A stretch of DNA of 64,000 nt from contig CAJFCJ010000020.1 of the NCBI GenBank assembly GCA_904063045.1, forward strand, positions 1,744,034 through 1,808,033, in the 5' to 3' direction. Source of the DNA: Dimorphilus gyrociliatus (Eukaryota > Animalia > Annelida). Shown here one piece after another: positions 46,751-58,086 of the stretch (position 1 is its first letter; the number at the start of each line of letters is the position of its first letter). Made by a program: the position numbers and the translations under genes. The notes under the pieces are model-generated. The model saw nothing but the letters and a program-made list of their open reading frames with translations, searched no databases and was not told the DNA's origin.

Positions 46751-47539
46751 TGTCAACAACGAACATTTTAACAGCAATGACAATGATCGGACAAAATAAA
46801 AGATGCAAGAAAATAAAAATATCAAAGAGACATCATCTTCTTCATTTTCCTATACACATGTTTCGTTGTTTACAACGAAAAAAAAAAGAATTGTTCATAA
46901 CATAATACAACTTAATATACAGCATATATATATACAATATATATATATACCATGTATAAACATTCAATTAGCAATACTAATTCATGGCAAAAAGCAAATT
47001 TGTTATCATTATTATGTATTAATATTTCAGTTTCTTAAACATTTTAATACTGTGTTTATTTTTAAAGGTTTTTTTTTCACATTTATAGTCTTTTCTTTTC
47101 CTTTTTTTGTGTTTTTTGTGTTTTTTTTTTTGGGTCTTGTTGTAACCAAAATAAATAAGGAGGGGGCAGTGAGAATTAATTAAAATAAACAAAAAGAATT
47201 TTTTAATTTTATAGCAGGAACGAAATAGTAAAATTATGAAATAAATATAAAATAAAAAAGAAAATTTGACTTGAGGGAGGGAGAAGGCGAGCTTGGGAGA
47301 GAAATAGGAGAAAGGGGAGCAGGTGATAAAGTGTGGTTACAAGGGTGATGGGTAAAATGTGGTAAGAAATATATTAAGTAAACTAAATCAACATTTGTTT
47401 TTATTTGACTTAGACATACACTTCAAAAATCATCTTCTATCGCTCGTCCAAGTGTATAAGGCAATATTGTAACGAGACAGCACCATCTTATATTTTTTGT
47501 TTTTTAAAACTTTCGTCGTAGTTGGATTAAATACTTTCA

Positions 47540-50500
47540 CTAAATAAAATGTGGCGTTTCTTGACCAGTTAATAGCCTAAATATTGAGGTTGGCATCGTT
47601 TTCATATGTATCTGTATAGGTGGTTTGTGATAGATGGATAAGGAGTTTGGAAAGAAAGGAAAAAGAAGATAATTAATTTTACTAAGACTCTAACAAAGTC
47701 TACTACCTCCCCAACGGACGTGGCCAGCATATTAACAATTTTTTCATGAGGTACGGCAACGACACTTGTGCTATTTATTTCAATTATTCTATGACCGACG
47801 CGAACGCCTCCCCTCTCGGCAATTCCACCTCGTAGTAAGCTGCATATCTGCAAATCACATTAATAATCAGCCGCTGTATATATTTTCAATCCATCATATT
47901 TTTTTATTCAAAGGGATATTTACCACTCCATTTTGGACGCTAAAACCAAGCTGATATTTAACATCGGGACGTTTTATACACACTTCAACGACAGGTGGAC
48001 AAGAAACAACCGTTAATTTCACTGCTGTTTGCGTTTTTGTAGCCTAAAGAAATTTAATCAAATTAGGTAAGTCAAATTTTAGAATAGCCACATCATTTTT
48101 TTTCTTCACTATGCGAACACTATTCGAAAAACTCACTTTTATATAATTTTGGGCTGAACTTATAGGTAAACCGACTAAAGAGACGCCATTTACCGATATA
48201 ATTTGATCGCCAATATTTAAAAGGCCACAACGCGAAGCCGGCCCACCTGGGAGCATATTTGCTAGAACAACCGTAGGAACCATCGATCCCCAGCCTGATT
48301 CAACTATTACCACACCGAGACATTCTCCTTTACCCTTAGGGACTATTACTTCCTTCTGCATATCCTTATTGGCAAACATGTATAGTTCTTCTCCAAAAAT
48401 TTCTTGCTGATTTAAGACTTCTTGATAGTCCATCTCCTTCATTAGACTAGTATCTTCTATTCCGTTTGCTTTTAAAAATTCCATATAGGCTACTTGAAAA
48501 GCTTGTCCGATAGACTGTGCTATTAACTGGGCCTGTAAAAAATAACAAACTAATGTGGCGCCCATAATTTTTAATGAAGGCAGAATATTTTCGAACACGT
48601 TCTCCTAACGCTTTGCAACCAACTGCGCATACGTAATACTGGGCATCAAGCACAAATCAAATAAACGAGAAAAATTTGGCGACAGCGACCAGGAATCGAT
48701 CATTCGCTAATCAATCGATTCCACATGTCAGAAGCAATCAGCTGTACACCGTAAAAAAGAGAAGAGAGCCGTAATTGATGGTAAGACACGATATCTTTGG
48801 CGTCGACTAATATAAGCAAGTTTAAGAGAATGCAAAAAAAAGTTTATGAATTTTACTACAATTAAAGTTAGTTAGCAACCTTAAAAGAACTAACAAACCT
48901 CCAGTACCGAATCCAGAGCAACGTGAGGATCGGCAAAAGAGCTACCGCTTGTCGCACTAGAAACCGTTGACATAGGAGACGACTCCCCCATGACGTTAGC
49001 TTCAAGTTTCTCATATTTTATTCTACTTTTTAGACTAAACATTCTGGACGCAACGAAGCAACAAGTGATATTCGGGAAAAAACAACGACCTCTAGTAGCG
49101 CCTCGGGTTTGATAGGGGAGAACTGATTGTCAATCCATCGATTCTCTAATCAGGTCAAACAAAAAGCTTGCAGCTACACAACGTTCCTGAATCATTCGAT
49201 CAATCATGCATTGAAAGTTTAATTATTACTATTCGATTTTTAATTGAGCTAGACGCCTGATTGTCGTTTTATATGCGTATTCGATTGAGAATGGATACTA
49301 TCAATGATAATCATTAACCATGCGATTGGTGTATTGGACATAAAAGAGTCGGTAATTATCGTGTAAAGCGGTTTGATACGTAGAAGCGGGAGAAAAAAAA
49401 GTAACGGGCGTTTAATTCCTTTCCGGTATGTATGCCTGAATGGGTGAAATGAAAGAAGCTCTGCAGGGATGTTTGCAATAATAACTTGCATGGTTTGTGA
49501 GACGTCGCTCGACTATAAAACAAACATGCAAGCTTTTACTGACGTCAGTTTTGCCTACTTATAATTTCACTTGTCATATTACAGTCCTTCAAATAAAGAA
49601 TTAAAAAGAGGGCTTCCTCTATAACATCTAAAAAGAATACTAATGCCAAGGAAACAAAAAAAAACCTAAGTAATATAAAGAAAACCACTCTCCAAAAGGT
49701 CTAAATGAATGAGTTTGACCGCTTTTAGTAGGGAATTAACAAACAATACTTGATCGTTATCAGCATTAAACGAAATGCTAAACTAAGAAATAATCGACAA
49801 ATCAATGGCTTGTTGCGCTATCTTTTTTGTTTAATAGATAAACAAGAACATATAATATATTCCTTATAAGGAATATAATACGGTCTTTAGAGTTTATCTT
49901 ATGAGTTATGTTGACAAAAATAATATTTTTATTGAATAAACGCTTATTACAATACTGTTAATTATCTTTATGCATAGTGTACTCTATATTTTTTTTGTGG
50001 CAGATCTACTCGATAAAGAGTGGCGAGAACTATCCTAAGGGTAGAGTTTGCTAAGTAATATAGATGACGCCACTAATCGAATTCGAATGACTATGCGAAC
50101 GAAATTTCCAGTTCGGGAAATGAATAGAAAATAAATGGCTGACCTCATCACTTTCGAACACATGACAAAGAATCTTCGTCTGCTTCTTCTTAATTAAGGT
50201 TTCATCTCCTGGACTGGATGCCAAAGTTCTCCTTCTGGCCATAACAACCACTATATCTCCGATATCAGCAATATAAGATATAGTACGCAAGGAGTGATCC
50301 ATCATGATTTCCTGAATGGAAACAAGAATAAATAAATAAAAAAATAGGGTAAAGTAAACTAAAATATAAAACAAGGCAAAAAAAATCCGGAGATGGATAA
50401 ATGGAAGTAAGACTACCTGTAAATCAGTATTTAGCACCATAATTTTCTCGGTCGATACGAATAGATCTACTTCCGTACTAGGCTGATTCTCCCCGTCGGG

Positions 50501-53500
50501 CGCCTAGAGAAATAATTAACAGAAAAAAAAATCCGTTATTAATATAAGACAGACTGGATGAGACAACTATAGAACAAACTCATTAATAATAATTATTGTA
50601 AATTTAACAACGAGAGTGAATTATACTATCATGAAATATCAAGAGAAAGTGCATTTTATAATATATAGAAAATGTATGAAACGTCAACGTATTACTGAAG
50701 GTGATACTTATATTTTTTCCATACCTCATAATATTTACCAAAATGCATTGGTCCTTGAATCTGATAATAAAGTTATTAAATCATTTTTTTTTCAAGAGAC
50801 CATTACAAAATTCATTTTTCATTTTGTACAAGGCAAAAATTATGAAAGAAATTAGTCAATAAACTAATATGTTTATATATATATATATACTATATATACT
50901 GTATATACTGTATATATATATATATATATATAAATTTTATTTATAGATGTTGAATGACGCTTGTAATACAAATATAGCAATCAGTATTGTAAAATGATAA
51001 ATAGGAAAAGGTTTGTTTGTCAAGTCTAAATTTTCGTACAACACATTACACTCACCGATGCCTTGAAAAAGAAGAGAATAAGAGAGGAAATATTTAGATT
51101 AATACCGTATAGGAAAGGAGAAGAAACCTAAAAAATTTTTCAATTCGTTTATTATCTATACCTTTATACGTCCAACGGCCTCCTGAGCTTGCATCATCCT
51201 CATTGATTTGGACGGTTGGCCTTCCGAAATAAGTTGTGTTGAACCAAGGTAACGAGCTCGAAATAGAACTCCCTCTATTAGAACTGTATCATCGTCAGGA
51301 TCGGGTAAGGATACTATCAAAATAACAAATCAAATTGTTAAATCACCGTAACCTCTATAAATTTCTTTCCCAATCGTTTTTGTTACATAGAATTGACAAA
51401 ATCGTTAATTTCACCCGCACCATAATAATTCACCATTAGTTTTAAAGTAATAAGTGAACTTACCACAAAAATGTTAGTGTTATTTATGTTTTTTTTTATC
51501 ACAAGACGAGAGTGGAAGCAATATCGGAATAAAAAACATAACTTTTGTCAGTACAACATATTATTAATTAATAATCGGTGAAAGAAAAATTAATTATATT
51601 ATGTATTCTAAAATTAGTAGGGTTTTTTCTTCACTTTATAAAGGAACGGAAGGAAAATATAAGCCCTTTAGAATATTCATGCTGCCACTAAAAGCAACGG
51701 TATCTCGGATAAAAAGTGCATTTATCATTCAAAATAAAAAAAAAAAAAAAAGAGGAGAGATAGAGGAAAACTCTTTTCTCATCATTCCTATTACTTACTA
51801 CTGTGACGTAAAATTTGACTATCCATTACTAAGTGATAATAATAAAACTAATAATAGAAATTATAAACCCATTTAAAGGGAAAATAAGGAAACCAAGTAA
51901 ACGAATGTGTTGCGCTAGCTACAAATGGACCACTGAATCAATTTAAAAAAAAAAGGAATTGAGGTGGACCAACGCAAATTAAACGCTTACATGACTCCTT
52001 CTCACCTTCTTTTGCTCTACTTCGTCGTTTTTGGGCCTGTTTCGTGGGAATAAAAAGAGAAAATTAAAAAGCATTCTATTGAATTATTAAAATCCAATAA
52101 AAGTCTAAACTCTAGTTATAAATAACAAGATTATATTATTCATTCATGCAAACAATTGATAAATGCAATAGATATACTGTATATAAATAAATATTGTACT
52201 AATATATACATCAGCAGTATATATTTATATACGTATTTTTTCTTTTCTTTACTAAAAAGAAAAAATTATAAATAAATGCTAATCAAAGGCCCCGACCCGA
52301 CTTCTCGGTAAATATGGACGTACAGAATGAATTAAGACTGTTAAATAGGTGAATGACACGCGATATTCTTATCAGTAAGGGGCGTAAAATATCGAATTAG
52401 ACGTTTTTGCAGTGTCAGTATCAGTCTCAATTGATTTCCTGCAATTTCCAACATTTTTTTTGTGTGTGTGCGAAATTTACGAGCTTGTAAACGAAAGAAA
52501 AGAGAAAAAGAATAGGAACTATTGTATATACCAACCAAAGCGCTTTTATTCACGATCGGTTTTTTCAATTCTGGAATATCGATTTTTTCATTTCTTTCGT
52601 ATTGTTTCTCCAATAGCTCGTCAGTCTCTTCGTCTGTATCGAAATCTGTACGGAAAGCGTTGTTAAAGAACTCTTTTCTCTTACACTCTTTATGATTGGA
52701 AAAAATGAGAAAAGCTCTTGAAAAAGTTGCTGCACCTTTCTTACATATAAATCGTTTTTTACTACCCCTCCCCAAATTCCCCATCCCTCATATTTCTCTT
52801 TCTGCTTCTATACTTTCTACCCTTCTCTATTTTAATTTTGTTGTTTTTTTCTTCTTCTTTTTAATATAATATACAATTTCCTATTTGTATAGTCTTCTTT
52901 ACTTTGTTTCGTGTTTTCAAAAAATTGCTTTTGTACAGAGGAAAAATAATATATATATAAAAGAATTACGTCTTTGGCCCGTTAGCGACCGAAAATTTAA
53001 TTTAATATTCTCTTGTAAAACTTTACAACAGTTAGCGACTTTGATAATTCAACACCGCGGGGTATTTTTTATAATGTATACCATACTTCAAAGGCTTTAT
53101 TCTTCACACTTATTAGACGTTTGTATAGTCTGGGGTTTTCTACTTAGGCTCTCTAGTGACTTTCCAAAGCTGTTTTTCGTTAATCAGAGAATCGTTCAAA
53201 TTTTTCCGCAAAATTACATCAAGCAATTTCCCGCAGTTGATTGGCACTAGATCGTTGTGTAACAAGCGGCTATCTAAGAGCTGTATAATACGAGTTTTAC
53301 GGGCTACTGTCAAACTATTTCCTACATATGGTTTTATAGGCAATTGTGAACAATAAAATTCTAGAGGCAGCATTATAAGCCAATAACTAAAACCACTAGA
53401 GCCAACCTCCATCTTGATGGCGAATATAGGCTGTCGAATTTCCATCTTTTCCTTCTTCTTCTTCTTCACTTTGCCTAATTAAGGACGATATAGAGGATTC

Positions 53501-56500
53501 ACTTTTCGATGCGTATCGATTGTATGTTAAACGTTGGGAATTATAGTTGTTTGAGGCCATCTCCTCGTAGGCTTCGACCGACGCCCCTGCACATTGGAAA
53601 AAGTCATGCCATCATGCGCTTTCGTGCTTATAAAGAAAGCATTAACAATTTAGATAGGTAAAACTATGATATATTTAATAGTCACCTAAGTATAAAACCG
53701 TTAATGCCTTCTTTCTCCTTTTACTAACAAAGCTAATTAAACTAGTTAAGCAAACTGAATTTTGCTCTTTTTTTTTTTTTAAAAAAAAAACTATTTATAT
53801 CTATTTAAAAAAAATTCACCTATAAAGTAATTTATAATAAAAATAAAAGGTAATTATAAAAACTATTGTAATATACAATAAAATAGAAAAGTATATATAG
53901 TTTAAATGTATAGACAAAAGAATCTATTAAATACGAAAGAATTTATATTGTTACGTTTGTTGAATATATATATATATATATACAGTTTATATATATATAT
54001 ATGAGAGAAATTGTTGGAAAAAACTGCGCAAACAACAAAAATCAACAAATAGGAATATAGAATCCATTACAAAAGACGTAAAGAGTGACAGTGTGATAGC
54101 GTAAAAGAGATGATTGCGAAAAAGTAACAGTTGAAGAATTGACAGCGGGAAAGAAAAAAAAAGAGAAAAATAAAAACGATAATCAAGAGTAAAGTTATTG
54201 AAATTAAGATATTTTTTAGTGCATGCTTCTACGAAATCGTGCAAAACTACTTATAATAAATAAGAGACGTTTATATACATTCGTCCAGCACACGATTCCT
54301 CCGTGTTCTACTCAAATTATGATATCCCATTGGCTTGAGCAATCTTCTTGGTTGACGATAAAATGAGGAACACATAATTTCTTTCTAGTTTTAAGTAGTA
54401 ATAGTAACAAGTGCAAGAAGCTTTAATGTGCACATTGTAATGGCTCACCGGCCTACAACAAGCAATCATTTGAAAAAGTAAACAGGCAAAATACATTAGT
54501 GCCATCTTGTGATTAATAAGTGAGTGCCACCGTACACCATCTAGCGTGTTAGAAAAGAAAAGTGCAGCTTTTTCCCGAACAACACGCATCACCACGCAGC
54601 TATAATTATAGTCGATCAAATTCGCGCGTAAAAGTACAAGCTATGTCACTTACCTTTCGTATTCGCTCTAGGTTTAGTTTTCAGATTGATGGAATCGCCT
54701 GGCGAAATTTCCTCATCCTCTTTAATTAAACCTATTTTCCCAAAAAGGGAAGAAAAGAGTAGAAAAAGAGAGAATAAAGAAAAAGTAAATCTGTTTTATC
54801 TAATAGTGTCTATCTTATAATCATATCCTTTCGCTTTTTCCTCTAATTTACGAATGAAAAAGTTTGTAACAATATGAATAAAGACGGCAGGTGACTTAAA
54901 AAAGAAGCTGTAGAGTGGCGAGAAATAAACTCAATAACGAAACAATCAAAAGCTAAACAAGGCACATAATTGAAACAAACCTTGTTGTTTCCTTTTATAG
55001 TATTCTTCTTCTTGTTGTCTCTCAATTTCATCCCTGACTTTTCTCATTTCGTCTTGTCGTTGCATTTTGCGAACGTACGTGTCCCTGTAAAATGATACCA
55101 AGAACTTAAAATATTGTTCCCGACTATATAAACAATGATATTAGAAGTAAAGAGAAAAAAAAATGAAAGATACAATGGATATGGTTAGAAAAAAGGCATT
55201 GAAAATAAATAAGAATAAGAGAGGAAGTTTGCGTATCAAAAACGGATATGGGGAGGGCTGTAGGGACATATTTTCAAAATGTCTGTCGAATATTTATTTT
55301 AATCTAAATCGATTCGTTTTTACTTAATACTCTGACAGAACGAAGATAGATGAAGCTTTCTAATCCAGACTCGCGGCCTATACACTTCCTTGACAGTCGT
55401 CTAACCCTTTGAAAAAAGTACTGTCAGATAGGTTCATCACGCAATTTTACCCATTTTCTCTCTCGTAACAAAAACCATCCCATATAGTAATAAAAAAAGC
55501 GGTGCGGTCGCGCGCCAGTTGCCAATAGTAATAAAAGTAAAGTTGACTGCCGGAACTGCAATGAAGTAGAAAGGGGACGAGCGTTTTATATCGCCTTACT
55601 TTTCTACAACCCGCTTTTTTCTTATGGACTGCGCAGGCGAAAAACCTACATGCCAATTCCAACAACGTACATTATATAAGCTGTCTGTTTTTTTCAACAC
55701 TTTTTATTCTCCATAGACGTACTTCATTTGCATCTATCGATTATCACTATGCAGCTGTTATCCGCTCGTTTCACTTGAACTATATTTATAATTAAGAGAA
55801 ACTAACCCTAAATAAAGGACCGCAGTTAGCATTTCTAAACCAAGTTCATCTACTGGCTTTCCATCGGAGGTAGTTAGAGAATATATCATACATTCAGTTA
55901 GTTCTTGAAGCAATTTAATGTCTCTCTCTTCCGTATCCTCTTGACAATATACCACTCGGCACCGAGTATCGTCCTTTCTTTTAATGAGAGCGTGCCGAGG
56001 CATATTTTTCTCAGTGACTTTTTTTAAAATAATTATCCACTGGATTAATAATCCGTCACGACTATTTCTTCCCGTAGCATTTAAGCGCTATCCTTCTCCA
56101 ACTTGCGCTGCGAGCGCGCAACTGCGGGATTATTCATCGAAACGCCCTCTCCTCAACCGTATTACGCCAAATTGCATTAGAAGCTTCAGCAAACTCTTAC
56201 GTACGTTTCGTCCTTTTCATTCGAACGCTTCCTAGAGTTTATTGAAACACTAAGAAAAAGTCCCCTCTTCACTTTCCCTTTTCCCACGGTCTTGCAACGC
56301 AGAAGACGTATTTTACAAGACTAGTCAAAGTGACGTTTAATTAATTTTGGTTCGATAGGACGAATCGAAATTGATCGCCTATTGTCAATAGATACATCAA
56401 TAACGGATCGCTGACTTGGGTAACTTTCTAATAAAAGACTGGTTGAAAGCAAAAAGGAAGAGATAATACACGTAAAAAAACACCTCTCTTGACCGATCGA

Positions 56501-57608
56501 TAATTATCCTATACGCGTTCGATAATTCTAAATTGATTTTGTTCGACATATAAAAATTTTACACCACATAGCCTGCTAAGAGGTTATGGAAAAAAATTTT
56601 TTAATCTAACATATGCTAAACATAGAACGCCATCTATCGTCTCTCATTAATATTTACTCACCTCATTACCCAAACAGGTTCAATTGGATTTATTTCCGAA
56701 CCATTTTCTCCTTTATAAATCTTGTCGATCGAACCACAATGTTTCCTCCTCAATACTGCTTTAGGGGATTTATCTAACGTAGGTGAATTTTCTTCCATAT
56801 CACTCCCAGTACCACTTGATAATCCATCCTCAACGTTAGGCATACCAGGACTAGAAGAATGGGTTCCAGCACCATCCGATACAAAAGACTCAGCGTCAGT
56901 AGTACTATCTCCACATTCAGTGTGCTCGGGCGATAATGTGAAATTTTTGTTTGATTCACTACTAGTTAATCCATTCGATGTCGTTCTTATAGTTTGAACT
57001 GTTAGAGGTATTTCCGTTAGAGCTTCGTCATTTAATTTAAGTGTACATGGTGAACTTCTATGTATAGGCATTGGAACACTCTTCTCCGGAGATGCTTCTC
57101 GACTGCTGCATACATCTGCAAGCCTCATTCCTACATAATTGTTGGCGTTGGTGCGAGCGTACTTAACATAGTTGTATTCGTTTTCTATCTCTGGTGCAGG
57201 TTTTGGCATTATTCTACATGCAAGTCCAGGAGAAAATTTTGGTGCTGGAGGACTGTCATTAATTCGTTTTCTAATGGTACTTGATGGTGAGAGTGAAGCC
57301 GGTGATGGTGGTGACGGTGGAGGAATCCGTATATCGGCAGGTTCATCTCTAGGAAGAGAATCGGTGCTTTCCATGCTATCTCGCCTCCCCAATCTGCCTT
57401 CCTCGGAATTAACCTCATCATCATCTATTGCAATATTTTGAAGAGATAGACTGCTGACATCGCTCACGTGACAGGAATCATCTCCTAAATGAACTTCGAG
57501 ACTAGCATTGTCCCCCCCTATTGCACACTGAGAATCGTTTTCTTCATCTTCACTTTTTTTCATAAATTTTTGTACATTTAATAGGTCAGAAGGACTTTCA
57601 ACGTCCAT
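47540..57608 (-). CDS. APBA: X11/Mint/LIN-10 adaptor (PTB + 2 PDZ)
   Basis: Exons 57608-56662, 55084-54981, 54731-54654, 52645-52532, 51313-51162, 50503-50417, 50311-50144, 48532-48137, ~48043-47924, ~47848-47708 and a last exon ending at 47540, all phase-compatible. PTB: [36 protein letters not shown]...[19 protein letters not shown]1: [28 protein letters not shown]2: [22 protein letters not shown]. Ends [11 protein letters not shown]. Confidence 0.95.
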
Positions 57609-57985
57609 ATCTGTGATATATAGCTGATGGAGATATAAATGAATGTACTAAATTACAACTTACCTATAAATTATTAAAAGTTATATTTTGAATTTTTATG
57701 TTAGCTGAGAAACATGTGTTTATGAAACATATTATTAAAATCGAATAATAGAGGATTTTTCGTGTATAGATTGAGCGACTAATGCGCCATCTTGATATGC
57801 AAATTATTTCTTTGGAAATATTTCGACAAATTAACTATTATAAAATTATTAAAACTTTTTATAAAAATGAGTGTAAGTTATAATTTTTCTAAATCTTTAA
57901 TTATATTTTATTAAGATTCACACTTGTTCCCCTTCGAAAAATATAATAGTAAAAAAATATGGAATTTGATTCCAGGCTAAATTAG

Positions 57986-58023
57986 TGACGTCAGACTACC
58001 GCCACGTGATTCGTTCCTTTCTT
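57986..58023 (+). promoter_or_regulatory. eEF2 core promoter: CRE, E-box and pyrimidine (TCT/5'TOP-like) start tract
   Basis: TGACGTCA at 57986-57993, CACGTG at 58003-58008 and TTCCTTTCTT at 58014-58023, about 65 nt before the ATG. eEF2 is a classic TOP mRNA. Confidence 0.5.
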
Positions 58024-58086
58024 AGGTCGCCATTGAGGCAACGCACACAGCTTTGCAGTTGTCCGGAAGACTCTTAAACATCTACC

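Noticed and set aside
46803-47183. 126-aa plus-strand ORF
   Set aside because: Low-complexity A/T-rich sequence antisense to the likely APBA 3'UTR, with no coding character.
53140-53469. 109-aa intronic ORF in APBA as an extra exon
   Set aside because: No donor in the phase needed to join the next exon (phase 1 at 52645), and no recognisable domain.
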